A stretch of DNA of 24,000 nucleotides from an uncultured Eubacteriaceae bacterium. GTDB lineage: Bacteria; Bacillota; Clostridia; Lachnospirales; CAG-274. The stretch spans positions 54,644 through 78,643 of the forward strand of contig CAMTZM010000004.1 in the NCBI GenBank assembly GCA_947086655.1, given 5' to 3'. Positions 1 through 10,060 of the stretch are shown here, one piece after another. Under the pieces are notes generated by a model that was not told the DNA's origin, did no database searches, and worked only from the letters and a program-made list of their open reading frames with translations. The position numbers and the translations under genes were made by a program. The first letter of the stretch is position 1; the number at the start of each line of letters is the position of its first letter.

Positions 1-1100
1 TTTTGCGCAAGTCTCATTGCTGCTAAAGTATCGGCTGTTTCCCCCGACTGAGACACAACAATAACAAGCGTTTTTTCATCAATAATAGGGTCTTTATATC
101 TAAACTCACTTGCAACCTCTGCACTTACAGGTCTTCTTACAACCCTTTCAATAAGGTATCTTCCCACAAGTCCGGCATAATAAGCCGTACCGCATGCCAC
201 AACATATATTCTATCTATTTTTGATATATCGTCCTTATCAAGTTTAACCTTGTCAAGACTTATGCCGTCATCTAAAAGTCTTGACGCTATATTGTCTTTG
301 ACAACTTTAGGCTGTTCATATATTTCTTTAAGCATAAAATGGTCGTATCCGCTCTTTTCAGCAGCTTCTATATCCCAATCAACCTTAAAAACCTCTTTTT
401 TTACTTCACTTCCATTATTGTCAAAAATTTTAACATTATCCTTTGTTATAAGAGCAACTTCGTTATCCTCAACTAAATATACATTTCTTGTATAATTAAG
501 TATTGCCGGCATATCCGACGCTATAAAATTTTCTTCTTCTCCAAGTCCTATAACAAGCGGGCTGTCCTTTCTTACAGCTATTATTCTATCTGGAAAATCA
601 CTGCATATTATACCTAAAGCATATGAACCTTCAATTCTTTCTATTACTTTAAATACAGCTGACATTAAATTGCTGTCTTTTGAATAATAATAATCAATAA
701 GCTGAGCGACTATTTCCGTATCTGTTTCAGATAAAAACTTATATCCCTTGTCCATAAGTTCTTCTTTTAACGCCATATAATTTTCAATTATACCATTATG
801 AACTACTGCTATTTTTTCTTTACCGCTGCTATGAGGATGAGCGTTTATATCAGATGGTTCTCCATGTGTAGCCCATCTTGTATGACCTATGCCAAGCCTT
901 CCTTTTAACGGAGTTAAATAAAGCTTATCCTGAAGATTTTGTATTCTTCCTTTTGTTTTACATATATTAACATTTTTAGATGTATCGTCATAGACAGCTA
1001 CTCCGGCTGAGTCATATCCTCTATACTCAAGCTTAGACAATCCGTTCATTAAAACCGGCACGGCGTCGCCTTTACCAACATATCCAACAATACCGCACAT
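1..1100 (-). CDS. glmS: Glutamine--fructose-6-phosphate aminotransferase, N-terminal ~366 codons (3' end lies beyond the left edge)
   Basis: Minus-strand frame is open from ATG at 1100 to the window edge, so it is absent from the ORF track (no stop). Translation begins MCGIVGYVGKGDAV (N-terminal Cys nucleophile of class-II amidotransferases). It reaches the SIS-domain motif VVSQSGETADTLAA near positions 1-60. AGGAGG (1108-1113) lies 7 nt upstream of the ATG. Confidence 0.95.
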   Translation of the reverse strand, partial: MCGIVGYVGKGDAVPVLMNGLSKLEYRGYDSAGVAVYDDTSKNVNICKTKGRIQNLQDKLYLTPLKGRLGIGHTRWATHGEPSDINAHPHSSGKEKIAVVHNGIIENYMALKEELMDKGYKFLSETDTEIVAQLIDYYYSKDSNLMSAVFKVIERIEGSYALGIICSDFPDRIIAVRKDSPLVIGLGEEENFIASDMPAILNYTRNVYLVEDNEVALITKDNVKIFDNNGSEVKKEVFKVDWDIEAAEKSGYDHFMLKEIYEQPKVVKDNIASRLLDDGISLDKVKLDKDDISKIDRIYVVACGTAYYAGLVGRYLIERVVRRPVSAEVASEFRYKDPIIDEKTLVIVVSQSGETADTLAAMRLAQ

Positions 1101-1111
1101 AAAAAAACCTC

Positions 1112-2461
1112 CTAATTAAGTCTTTCTTCAATTAATAAAGCAAGCTTCTTAGCTTCTCTTTCAATAACATCCTTATCACGGCCTTCAATCATTACCCTAA
1201 CAATAGGCTCTGTACCTGATGGGCGTATAAGAACCCTTCCTTCTCCTTCAAACATCTTCTCAAGTTTATCTATTTCCTCTTTAATAATGTTATCTTCAAG
1301 ATAATCGTTTTTCTTTGAGTTGTCAACCTCAGCATTAATAAGTACCTGTGGAAGTGTTTCCATTATTTTTGTAAGTTCTGAAAGACTTTTGCCTGTTTTT
1401 TTAATAATTGCCAAAAGCTGTATAGCCGTTAAAATTCCGTCTCCTGTTGTATTATAGTCAAGAAATATTATATGTCCGGATTGTTCTCCTCCAAGACAGT
1501 CTTTTCTCTCAAGCATTCTTTCAAGTACATATCTGTCTCCGACTTTTGTTCTTTCTATATTTATGCCCTTTTCTTTTCCCATTATGAATAATCCTAAATT
1601 ACTCATAACCGTAGCAACAAGAGAATCATTTTTAAGTTTTCCTTCTTTTTTAAGTTCGTCAGCACATATAGCCATTATTTTATCACCGTCAACAAACTCT
1701 CCGTTTCCGTCAACAGCAAGACATCTATCTCCGTCTCCGTCAAAAGCTATACCTAAATCAACATTATTTTCTTTTACAAATTTAATCAAGTCTTCCATAT
1801 GTGTTGAACCACAGTTTTTATTTATATTTGTACCGTCAGGTTCTCTGTGTATAGCCAATACCTCTGCCCCAAGTTCATGCAGCACAATAGGAGCTGCTTT
1901 ATATGTAGCCCCGTTGGCACAATCAACAGCAACTCTTATTCCGTTTAACCTTACAGGACATGTATTGCTTAAAAATAAAATATAATCATCAAGTGCATCT
2001 AAAGCCGCCTTTTTTGTTCCAACCTCAATTCCTATCGGTCTCGGAATACTTTCAATGCAATTATCTATAACATTTTCTATCTCATTTTCTATCTCATCGG
2101 CAAGCTTAAATCCTTTATTATTAAAAAATTTTATACCATTATCTTTAACAGGATTATGCGAAGCACTTATCATTACTCCGGCATCAGCATTATATTGCCT
2201 TACAAGATGTGCTACCGCCGGAGTTGGTATAATTCCAAGAGATACGGCATGAGCGCCTACGGAACAAATTCCAGCTATTAAAGCTGATTCCAGCATATCA
2301 CCTGACATTCTTGTATCCATACCTACAATTATTTTAGGAGCATGGCTTGTTTCTTTTGTAAGAACATAAGCACCGGCACGCCCAAGCTTATAAACAAACT
2401 CTGGAGTTAATTCAGTATTAGCGACCCCTCTAACTCCATCTGTTCCAAAATATTTTCCCAT
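1112..2461 (-). CDS. glmM: Phosphoglucosamine mutase
   Basis: 449-aa ORF starting MGKYFGTDGVRG, with the phosphoserine loop ISASHNP and metal site FDGDGDR typical of the alpha-D-phosphohexomutase/GlmM family. RBS GGGAGG upstream. Its stop TAG (1112-1114) overlaps the glmS RBS. Confidence 0.97.
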   Translation of the reverse strand: MGKYFGTDGVRGVANTELTPEFVYKLGRAGAYVLTKETSHAPKIIVGMDTRMSGDMLESALIAGICSVGAHAVSLGIIPTPAVAHLVRQYNADAGVMISASHNPVKDNGIKFFNNKGFKLADEIENEIENVIDNCIESIPRPIGIEVGTKKAALDALDDYILFLSNTCPVRLNGIRVAVDCANGATYKAAPIVLHELGAEVLAIHREPDGTNINKNCGSTHMEDLIKFVKENNVDLGIAFDGDGDRCLAVDGNGEFVDGDKIMAICADELKKEGKLKNDSLVATVMSNLGLFIMGKEKGINIERTKVGDRYVLERMLERKDCLGGEQSGHIIFLDYNTTGDGILTAIQLLAIIKKTGKSLSELTKIMETLPQVLINAEVDNSKKNDYLEDNIIKEEIDKLEKMFEGEGRVLIRPSGTEPIVRVMIEGRDKDVIEREAKKLALLIEERLN

Positions 2462-2496
2462 CTTAAAATTTCCTCCCTAAAGCATTTACTTTCGTC

Positions 2497-2525
2497 ATTA
2501 TACCACTTAATCAAAATATATACAA
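2497..2525 (-). promoter_or_regulatory. Candidate sigma-A promoter for glmM-glmS (TTGTAT - 17 nt - TGG TATAAT, extended -10)
   Basis: Read on the minus strand: -35 TTGTAT (2520-2525), 17-nt spacer, TG-extended -10 TGGTATAAT (2497-2505). It lies about 35 nt upstream of the glmM ATG. Confidence 0.45.
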
Positions 2526-2583
2526 TATATTTTTACCTGTGTGTATATGAAAAAGCAGCTTTAATATACTTTATAAAGCAACG

Positions 2584-4053
2584 CTATCCAGAGGGTTCTG
2601 CACTTTCTATATCGTTATTAACATCTTTTGTCTGTGTTTCTGTCTCTGTTTCTGCTTCCGTAGTATTATCTGTAATATTATTAAACGCAGGAGTTATATT
2701 TGATTCCGGCTCTGTAACCTCAGGCGGCTCAACAGGAGCGTTTGTATTCTCGTCAGTTTCAGGCTCGGAATTATTTTCAGATACAATAACTTTAACCGTT
2801 GCCGTACCTACTGCCGAAATACCATCAGGCAATTCTATGCTTACAGGCAAATCAATTGTTCCGCTTTTAGCTCCTCCAACATTTACAGATACGCCTATAT
2901 CTTCTTTATTAACCTTTGAAACTAAACTTTCAACTCCAGTTATTCTAATAATAACATCATCAGGCAAAGTTACGGCGTATGTATTAGACGCCCCTGTAAT
3001 CTTTATGTCTTCCGGATGTATTATAATTTCTCTTGTTATTTCAGGTTCAATAATTATATTCACTTTTATACTTGTAGGACTTCCGTTTTTAACACTTAAC
3101 CCTGTTCCATTTAAAAATGTAGAAACATCAAAACTTATACTTTTACTTTGACTTTCACCGCTTAAATCAATTCCCGGAATTGTAATAGAATTAAGCTTTT
3201 CAAGACTTTCATCGTTTCCTATAACTTCTATATATTTAGGCTCCCAATTTACCGAAACAACTTTATAACCATTTCTTACAGAACCTACTGTTATAGGAGC
3301 TGATACTGGAATTTCTCCCTTTTTGTAGGCTGAAAAAGAAACATTTATAAAAGAAGTATCTATATAAACATCATTTATAACTTTTCCGTCCTTATCATAA
3401 CAAACAGGAACAAGATTTAATGACAAATCGCTGTTTATTCCTGTCAAATCGGCACTAACCCTTACAGAGTCAATTTTATCTATTACACTTGACGCTCCCT
3501 TTACAGTGATTTTATCTGGTTTTACAGCCGTTTGATTAACAGTATATCCAGATGGAATATTGCCTGTCCTGTCAACAGAGATAGTTTTTTTTGCCTCTAC
3601 CACTTTATCAAGCTTAACTTCGGCATTTGTTGGAAAAAAGCTTACAAGTTCATAACTATAAACGTAGCTTGAAGGTATAGTAGGCGTTACCATAAGAGTA
3701 AAAGCCTCATCTATATCATCAGCATACAATAAATCAAACTGTTGTAAATCAATAGTTGCCTTTAACAAATCTCTGTTTTTTGATAAATCGTCAAGCCCTG
3801 GTCTTGTCGATTTTACTTTTATATCAATTTTTTTATTTTCAAGTTCATGTGAATTTAAAACAACATAACCTTTATCAGCAAGTTTATCTTTATTTAAAAG
3901 TGTTAAATTCACATTAAACGTCATCGTTTCAGCCGGATTATTTATATTCATAACTATAAACCAAAGCATAATAGCAAAAACAAGCGAAAAAATTTTCCAC
4001 CCCAAATTCCTTTTAACTATATCAAAAACATAGCTACTTATTTTCTTTAACAT
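2584..4053 (-). CDS. cdaR: YbbR-domain protein, CdaA regulatory partner (CdaR-like)
   Basis: 489-aa ORF with an N-terminal TM helix (WKIFSLVFAIMLWFIVM), followed by repeated beta-rich YbbR-like modules and an acidic T/E/P-rich tail. It sits in the conserved position between cdaA and glmM. Its start overlaps the cdaA stop by 20 nt. Confidence 0.85.
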   Translation of the reverse strand: MLKKISSYVFDIVKRNLGWKIFSLVFAIMLWFIVMNINNPAETMTFNVNLTLLNKDKLADKGYVVLNSHELENKKIDIKVKSTRPGLDDLSKNRDLLKATIDLQQFDLLYADDIDEAFTLMVTPTIPSSYVYSYELVSFFPTNAEVKLDKVVEAKKTISVDRTGNIPSGYTVNQTAVKPDKITVKGASSVIDKIDSVRVSADLTGINSDLSLNLVPVCYDKDGKVINDVYIDTSFINVSFSAYKKGEIPVSAPITVGSVRNGYKVVSVNWEPKYIEVIGNDESLEKLNSITIPGIDLSGESQSKSISFDVSTFLNGTGLSVKNGSPTSIKVNIIIEPEITREIIIHPEDIKITGASNTYAVTLPDDVIIRITGVESLVSKVNKEDIGVSVNVGGAKSGTIDLPVSIELPDGISAVGTATVKVIVSENNSEPETDENTNAPVEPPEVTEPESNITPAFNNITDNTTEAETETETQTKDVNNDIESAEPSG

Positions 4054-4900
4054 ATTTTTTACGCCTAACCTTCCATAAATTTAACTTCTTGCTTTTTTTG
4101 CGTGGATTTCTTGTAAGTAAATTTCTTATAACATCAGGACTTACGTTTCTCATAAGTTTTCCCTCGCTGGCTATTGATACAGCACCTGTTTCCTCAGACA
4201 CTACAATAACATAAGCATCGGATACTTCGCTTGCTCCAACAGCAGCTCTATGTCTTGTTCCCAAATCAAGTCCTATTTCTGTTTGAGTAAGAGGAAGTAT
4301 GCACGTAGCAGCCGCAACTCTGTTATTTCTTATTATAACTGCTCCATCGTGCAAAGGCGTCTTATTCTCAAATATATTTATCAGAAGCTGACTTGAAACT
4401 ATTCCGTCTACTGCTACTCCCGTTTCCTCTAAATCCCCAAGAGGTACGTTCTGTTCTATTAATATTAAAGCGCCTGTTCTAACTTTTGCCATTTTAACAG
4501 CAGCTGTAATTATTTCCTCAACTGTTCTTGAAGATATTTTGCCTTCTTCTTCATTATTAAATATATTTGTTACAATATTCCCCTTTCCTATCTGTTCAAG
4601 TCCTTTTCTAAATTCCGGCTGAAATAAAACAATCAATGCCAATATACCAACTGATACAGTTTTTTCTATAATCCATGAAATAGTATAAAAATTAAGCTGA
4701 TAAGACAAAATGCTTATAACAAATATTACAGCCACACCTTTAAAAAGTGACCATGCTCTTGTTTCTTTTATCCAAACCATAATTACATAAATTACAACAG
4801 CAACAAGTAAAATATCAATTATATCTGTAAGCCTTATACTTGGAATACTTAATGTTGAAAGATTAAGTTCCGAAAAAATATCTTTAAAAGACTTGCTCAT
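4034..4900 (-). CDS. cdaA: Diadenylate cyclase (c-di-AMP synthase), membrane-anchored CdaA/DacA type
   Basis: Three N-terminal TM helices, then a DAC domain with the motifs LHDGAVII and GTRHRAAVG. The ORF track starts at 4915, but the ATG at 4900 (MSKSFKD) has GAAGGTG 6 nt upstream while the 4915 ATG lies inside that RBS. The 4900 start is therefore preferred. Confidence 0.93.
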   Translation of the reverse strand: MSKSFKDIFSELNLSTLSIPSIRLTDIIDILLVAVVIYVIMVWIKETRAWSLFKGVAVIFVISILSYQLNFYTISWIIEKTVSVGILALIVLFQPEFRKGLEQIGKGNIVTNIFNNEEEGKISSRTVEEIITAAVKMAKVRTGALILIEQNVPLGDLEETGVAVDGIVSSQLLINIFENKTPLHDGAVIIRNNRVAAATCILPLTQTEIGLDLGTRHRAAVGASEVSDAYVIVVSEETGAVSIASEGKLMRNVSPDVIRNLLTRNPRKKSKKLNLWKVRRKKYVKENK

Positions 4901-5010
4901 AAACAGCACCTTCATTTCTAAAAAAGTTTTTACTAAAACCCCTTAATTTAACCGACAAAGTAAGTCCCACATTTCTTAAACTGGGTAATTACTCTTGTAA
5001 GTAAAGTGGT

Positions 5011-5019
5011 ATTATACCA
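5011..5019 (-). promoter_or_regulatory. Candidate extended -10 promoter element (TGGTATAAT) for the cdaA operon
   Basis: Minus-strand TGGTATAAT about 110 nt upstream of the cdaA start. No good -35 at 17 nt (ATTATA). It is embedded in the palindrome TGGTAT-W-ATACCA. Confidence 0.4.
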
Positions 5020-5297
5020 TTTACTTCATTGGTTATAATTATTTTTGCAAAGCAAAAATGCGAATAGCCTTTGACAAAAGATTGACAAAGAACTTTAATA
5101 TAAATTAATTTTTAAAGCAGAAAAAATAATCAGAGTATTATTTTAATTATATATACGAAGTTTTAAAAAGTATACCTTTTTATTATAACATATATGCTGC
5201 TTATCCTACAAATAAAAAACAATTAATTTTTAAATACAAAATATTACTTTTTTAATAAGATTCAATTTCAATTCTTAAAACAAAAACATAATCTATC

Positions 5298-5353
5298 ATA
5301 AAAAAATAAAAATCCCGAAAAGAATTTTTATTTTTAAAATTCCTTTCGGGATT
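5298..5353 (-). terminator. Rho-independent terminator of tuf / the str operon
   Basis: An 18-bp stem with one mismatch (5311-5328 pairs with 5336-5353, core AATCCCGAAA/TTTCGGGATT) and a 7-nt loop. It is followed on the minus strand by TTTATTTTTTTAT. It begins about 35 nt after the tuf stop. Confidence 0.85.
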
Positions 5354-5388
5354 ATAATTACTTTACAATAATATTTTTATAAAAACAA

Positions 5389-6576
5389 TTACTGAATAAC
5401 AGAAACAACTGAACCTGAACCTACCGTACGTCCGCCTTCACGAATAGCGAAACGGAGTCCCTGCTCCATAGCAATAGGACTAATAAGTTCAATAGTCATC
5501 TCAACGTTATCTCCAGGCATACACATCTCTGTACCTTCAGCAAGGCTGATAACACCTGTAACGTCAGTAGTTCTAAAATAGAACTGAGGACGGTAATTGT
5601 TAAAGAATGGTTTATGACGTCCACCTTCATCAGCAGTTAAAACGTAAACCTGAGCAGTAAACTTAGTGTGAGGAGTAATTGTTCCCGGCTTAGCAAGAAC
5701 CTGTCCTCTTTCAATTTCATTTCTCTGAACACCACGAAGAAGTGCACCGATGTTATCTCCAGCTTCAGCCTCATCAAGAAGTTTACGGAACATTTCAATA
5801 CCAGTTACAACAACTTTTCTTGCCTCGTCATTAAGACCAACAATCTCAACTTCATCTGAAACCTTAAGAACACCACGTTCAACTCTACCAGTAGCAACAG
5901 TACCACGACCTGTAATTGAGAATACGTCCTCAACAGGCATAAGGAAAGGCTTATCTGAATCACGCTCTGGAGTAGGAATATACTCGTCAACTACTTCAAA
6001 TAATTCAACAATTTTATCTCCCCATTCTCCTGAAGAATCTTGAAGAGCCTGGAAAGCAGAACCTCTTACAATAGGAGAATCTTCAAAACCGTATTCAGCT
6101 AAAAGCTCACTTATTTCCATTTCAACTAAATCCAAAAGTTCCTCATCGTCAACCATATCACATTTATTCATAAATACAACAATTTTAGGAACACCAACCT
6201 GACGAGCAAGAAGAATATGCTCTCTTGTCTGCGCCATAGGACCGTCAGTAGCAGCAACAACAAGTATAGCGCCGTCCATCTGAGCAGCTCCTGTAATCAT
6301 GTTTTTAACATAGTCAGCATGGCCTGGACAGTCAACGTGAGCGTAATGTCTGTTAGGAGTCTCATACTCTACGTGAGTTGTAGAAATAGTGATTCCTCTT
6401 TCTTTTTCTTCTGGTGCTTTATCAATTTTATCAAAAGCAACTTCTTCACCAAGCTGATATCTTTCATGCAAAGTTTTAGTAATAGCAGCTGTTAAAGTAG
6501 TTTTACCATGGTCAACGTGACCAATAGTACCAATATTTACATGGGGTTTGGTTCTTTCAAATTTTTCCTTAGCCAT
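5389..6576 (-). CDS. tuf: Elongation factor Tu
   Basis: 395-aa ORF starting [28 protein letters not shown], with the G motifs [13 protein letters not shown] and NKCD. AAGGAGG RBS upstream. Confidence 0.99.
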   Translation of the reverse strand: MAKEKFERTKPHVNIGTIGHVDHGKTTLTAAITKTLHERYQLGEEVAFDKIDKAPEEKERGITISTTHVEYETPNRHYAHVDCPGHADYVKNMITGAAQMDGAILVVAATDGPMAQTREHILLARQVGVPKIVVFMNKCDMVDDEELLDLVEMEISELLAEYGFEDSPIVRGSAFQALQDSSGEWGDKIVELFEVVDEYIPTPERDSDKPFLMPVEDVFSITGRGTVATGRVERGVLKVSDEVEIVGLNDEARKVVVTGIEMFRKLLDEAEAGDNIGALLRGVQRNEIERGQVLAKPGTITPHTKFTAQVYVLTADEGGRHKPFFNNYRPQFYFRTTDVTGVISLAEGTEMCMPGDNVEMTIELISPIAMEQGLRFAIREGGRTVGSGSVVSVIQ

Positions 6577-6699
6577 TTAAGTATTTCCTCCTTAAATATA
6601 TATAAATAAATAATGTTTAGGAATTACTGATTTAACAAAAACAGAAAAATAATTTTCATTATAAGTTAAATAGTATTTCCTTTATTAAAACTTATTATA

Positions 6700-6728
6700 A
6701 TTATAGTTAAAATTGGTTTATAATGCAA
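6700..6728 (-). promoter_or_regulatory. Candidate tuf-proximal sigma-A promoter (TTGCAT - 17 nt - TATAAT)
   Basis: Minus strand: TTGCAT (6723-6728), exactly 17-nt spacer, TATAAT (6700-6705). It lies in the 169-nt fusA-tuf spacer. Confidence 0.5.
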
Positions 6729-6745
6729 GTATTTTTTTATTATGA

Positions 6746-8851
6746 TTAATCTTCATTTTTTCCTGAAGCAACCTTTTCCTGAATATTCTTAGGAACAGCC
6801 TCATAATGATGAACTTCCATAGCGTATGTGCCGCGTCCTTGAGTTTTTGAGCGCAAATCTGTTGAATAACCAAACATTTCAGCAAGAGGCACATATCCAT
6901 GTACAACCTGCATACCATTTACAGGTTCCATACCTTCAATACGTCCACGCCTTGAGTTCATATCTCCTATAACATCGCCCATATAATCTTCAGGAACTGT
7001 AACATCTACTTTCATAATAGGTTCAAGAAGTGCTGGCTCTGATTTTCTCATAGCGTCTTTAAACGCCATTGAACCGGCAATCTGGAACGCCATTTCTGAC
7101 GAGTCGACTTCATGATAACTTCCGTCATAACATATAGCCCTTATGCCTACAACAGGATAACCGCCTATAACGCCTGATTTCATAGCGTCTTGTATACCCT
7201 TGTCAACAGCCGGAATATATTCCTTAGGTATTGCACCGCCTACAACCTCATTTACAAACTCATAAGTCTTACCCTCATTTGCGTCCATAACTTCAAATCT
7301 AACTTTACAATGTCCATATTGTCCGCGTCCGCCTGATTGTTTAGCATATTTGTGTTCAACATCAACATTTTTACGGAAAGTCTCACGATAAGCAACCTGA
7401 GGAGCGCCTACATTAGCCTCAACTTTAAACTCTCTTAAAAGACGGTCAACAATAATTTCAAGATGAAGTTCGCCCATACCTGAAATAATAGTCTGTCCTG
7501 TCTCTTGATTTGTATAAGTTTTAAAAGTAGGGTCTTCTTCAGCAAGCTTTGAAAGTGCAATTCCCATTTTATCACGTCCAGCCTTTGTTTTAGGCTCAAT
7601 AGCAACAGAAATAACAGGGTCCGGGAAATTCATAGATTCAAGAATAACCTCATTTTTTTCATCGCAAAGAGTATCGCCTGTTGTAGTAAGTTTCAAACCT
7701 ACTGCTGCTGCAATATCACCAGCGTAAACTTTGTCAATCTCCTTACGGCTGTTAGCGTGCATCTGAAGAATACGTCCAATACGTTCTTTTTTGCCTTTTA
7801 CGGAATTATATACATAACTTCCGGCCTCAAGAACACCTGAATAAACTCTAAAAAATGCAAGTTTTCCTACAAATGGGTCATTCATAATTTTAAAAGCAAG
7901 CGCTGCAAAAGGTTCTTCATCAGAAGAATGTCTTTCAACTTCAACTTCTTCTTTGCCGGGCTCAACACCCTTTATAGCTGGTATATCAGTAGGCGCCGGC
8001 ATATATTCAAGAATACCGTCTAAAAGTTTCTGAACGCCTTTATTTCTATATGCTGAACCACAAAATACAGGTGTAGCCTCACAAGCTATACAAGCTTTAC
8101 GTAAAGCTGTTTTCATTTCCTCAATAGAAAGTTCTTCACCTTCAAGATATTTTTCCATTAAATCTTCATCAGTCTCAGCAATAGATTCAATCATAGCAGA
8201 CCTATACTCTTCTGCTTTTTCTTTCATATCATCTGGTATATCTTCAATAGAAATGTCAGTACCATTTTTATCATTATAATAGTATGCTTTCATTTCCATC
8301 AAGTCAATTATACCTTTAAAATCATCTTCAGCCCCAATTGGAAGCTGAACCGGAATAGCATTTGCATTAAGTCTGTCCTTTATCATGCTTACAACATTAT
8401 AAAAATCTGCCCCCATAATGTCCATTTTATTAACAAAAGCCATACGAGGAACATTATATCTGTCAGCCTGACGCCAAACAGTTTCTGACTGCGGCTCAAC
8501 ACCGCCCTTTGCACAAAATACACCTACCGAACCGTCAAGTACACGAAGCGAACGCTCAACCTCAACGGTAAAATCAACATGCCCTGGAGTATCAATAATA
8601 TTTATTCGATGCATAGGACCTTCGTTTATATGCCATTGAGTAGTCGTGGCTGCCGATGTGATAGTTATACCTCTTTCTTGCTCCTGTTCCATCCAGTCCA
8701 TAGTTGCCGTACCTTCGTGGGTATCGCCAATTTTATAAGTACGACCGGTATAGAATAATATACGCTCTGTAAGAGTTGTTTTACCGGCATCAATATGAGC
8801 CATAATGCCAATATTACGAGTTCTCTCAAGAGGACATTCTCTGCCTGACAC
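6746..8851 (-). CDS. fusA: Elongation factor G
   Basis: 701-aa ORF with the motifs [22 protein letters not shown] and NKMD. GTG start at 8851 is preceded by AGGAGG 7 nt upstream. Confidence 0.99.
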   Translation of the reverse strand: MSGRECPLERTRNIGIMAHIDAGKTTLTERILFYTGRTYKIGDTHEGTATMDWMEQEQERGITITSAATTTQWHINEGPMHRINIIDTPGHVDFTVEVERSLRVLDGSVGVFCAKGGVEPQSETVWRQADRYNVPRMAFVNKMDIMGADFYNVVSMIKDRLNANAIPVQLPIGAEDDFKGIIDLMEMKAYYYNDKNGTDISIEDIPDDMKEKAEEYRSAMIESIAETDEDLMEKYLEGEELSIEEMKTALRKACIACEATPVFCGSAYRNKGVQKLLDGILEYMPAPTDIPAIKGVEPGKEEVEVERHSSDEEPFAALAFKIMNDPFVGKLAFFRVYSGVLEAGSYVYNSVKGKKERIGRILQMHANSRKEIDKVYAGDIAAAVGLKLTTTGDTLCDEKNEVILESMNFPDPVISVAIEPKTKAGRDKMGIALSKLAEEDPTFKTYTNQETGQTIISGMGELHLEIIVDRLLREFKVEANVGAPQVAYRETFRKNVDVEHKYAKQSGGRGQYGHCKVRFEVMDANEGKTYEFVNEVVGGAIPKEYIPAVDKGIQDAMKSGVIGGYPVVGIRAICYDGSYHEVDSSEMAFQIAGSMAFKDAMRKSEPALLEPIMKVDVTVPEDYMGDVIGDMNSRRGRIEGMEPVNGMQVVHGYVPLAEMFGYSTDLRSKTQGRGTYAMEVHHYEAVPKNIQEKVASGKNED

Positions 8852-8934
8852 TCTTTTTTCCTCCTTTATAAAATAATTCTGTATTATCTTAACCTTAAAT
8901 CACAGAATTAAACATATATCAATTTTATAATTAA

Positions 8935-9405
8935 TTACCATTTATAATGTGAAAACGCTTTGTTAGCTTCTGCCATCTTATGCGTTTCATCTTTTTTCTT
9001 AACAGCTCCGCCAGTATTGTTTATAGCATCAACAATTTCTCCGGCAAGACGCTCTTCCATAGTTTTTTCTCCGCGTTTTCTGCTATAAATAGTAAGCCAG
9101 CGAAGTCCTAAAGCCTGTCTCCTGTCCGGTCTTATCTCCATAGGAACTTGATAAGTTGCTCCGCCGACACGACGTGCTTTTACCTCTAAAACAGGCATTA
9201 TATTATTAAGAGCTTTTTCAAAAGCCTCAAGGCTTGGAGTACCTGTTTTCTCAGTTACTCTTTCAAAAGCACCATATACAATTTTCTGGGCAATACCCTT
9301 CTTACCGTCAAGCATAATTGAATTTATCAATTTTGTCACTACCTTGCTTTTATACAAAGGATCCGGCAAAACCTCTCTTTTTGAAACATGACCTTTACGT
9401 GGCAC
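8935..9405 (-). CDS. rpsG: 30S ribosomal protein S7
   Basis: S7 sequence begins (M)[20 protein letters not shown] at 9403-9405 is preceded by AAGGAGGG, giving 156 aa, the normal S7 length. The 199-aa ORF in the track (to 9534) is an in-frame read-through of the upstream spacer. Confidence 0.97.
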   Translation of the reverse strand: MPRKGHVSKREVLPDPLYKSKVVTKLINSIMLDGKKGIAQKIVYGAFERVTEKTGTPSLEAFEKALNNIMPVLEVKARRVGGATYQVPMEIRPDRRQALGLRWLTIYSRKRGEKTMEERLAGEIVDAINNTGGAVKKKDETHKMAEANKAFSHYKW

Positions 9406-9557
9406 GATTCTTCCCTCCTTAACAATTTTTATTAATTCAACGGTACTTGCGACTTTTAAGCCGCATTTCATGCCTGCACTATTACGGCTTAAAAGCCGCA
9501 AAACCACTGCAACGACAGAGCAGATTAAGTACAAGGCAATACAATTAATTTAATTTA
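9406..9557 (-). promoter_or_regulatory. Structured rpsL-rpsG intercistronic RNA (candidate S7 autoregulatory operator)
   Basis: The 152-nt spacer is visibly more GC-rich than other intergenic DNA here. It contains two related hairpins, GCGGCT-TTTA-AGCCGT and GCGGCT-TAAA-AGTCGC, plus possible longer-range pairings TGCCT/AGGCA and GTACTT/AAGTAC. The regulatory role is inferred by analogy to S7 control of the E. coli str operon. Confidence 0.35.
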
Positions 9558-9974
9558 TTATTTTTTCTTAGCACGTTTAGCGCCATATTTTGAACGAGCT
9601 TGTTTTCTGTCAGCAACTCCTGCTGTATCAAGTGTACCTCTTATAATATGATAACGAACACCTGGTACGTCTTTTACCCTTCCGCCTCTTATAAGAACAA
9701 CGCTATGCTCTTGAAGATTATGCCCTTCACCTGGAATATAAGCAGTTACTTCTATACCATTTGAAAGACGTACTCTGGCAATTTTTCTAAGCGCTGAGTT
9801 AGGCTTTTTAGGAGTAGCAGTTTTAACAGAAGTACAAACTCCTCTTTTTTGCGGTGAACTTGCATCAGTCTGTTTTCTTTTTAAAGAATTTAACCCTTTC
9901 TGCAAAGCCGGAGCAGTTGATTTTCCTGTTCTAACTTCTCTGCCCTTTCTTACTAATTGATTAAATGTTGGCAT
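9558..9974 (-). CDS. rpsL: 30S ribosomal protein S12
   Basis: 138-aa ORF starting [12 protein letters not shown], with [11 protein letters not shown] and [14 protein letters not shown]. The lysines at the classical streptomycin-resistance positions are wild type. GGGAGG RBS upstream. Confidence 0.99.
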   Translation of the reverse strand: MPTFNQLVRKGREVRTGKSTAPALQKGLNSLKRKQTDASSPQKRGVCTSVKTATPKKPNSALRKIARVRLSNGIEVTAYIPGEGHNLQEHSVVLIRGGRVKDVPGVRYHIIRGTLDTAGVADRKQARSKYGAKRAKKK

Positions 9975-10060
9975 TATATTGCACCTCCCTGCATTTTTTA
10001 ATTTTCTGCCATTGCATTGGTAATCCGAACATTAGGTTTTTCATACCGACACATTTAGGA

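Noticed and set aside
2584-2800. Short tandem repeat (GTTTCTGTCTCTGTTTCTGC, encoding ETETET) in the CdaR tail as a repeat element
   Set aside because: It is a low-complexity acidic, disordered C-terminal tail within a continuous reading frame, not an independent DNA repeat feature.
2462-5388. Search for a glmS ribozyme or c-di-AMP riboswitch in the 2462-2583 and 4916-5388 gaps
   Set aside because: I recognised no conserved core sequences. The gaps are extremely AT-rich with only short hairpins. A covariance-model scan is still needed to be certain.
6718-6918. 66-aa minus-strand ORF overlapping the 3' end of fusA and the fusA-tuf spacer
   Set aside because: It is out of frame within fusA, with no RBS and no recognisable motif. 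The spacer part is better explained by the tuf-proximal promoter.
9406-9534. N-terminal 43-aa extension of rpsG in the ORF track (199-aa ORF starting MYLICSVV...)
   Set aside because: S7 homology begins at (M)[12 protein letters not shown] with a strong AAGGAGGG RBS sits exactly there (9405). The extension is an open frame through a structured spacer, with no RBS at 9534.
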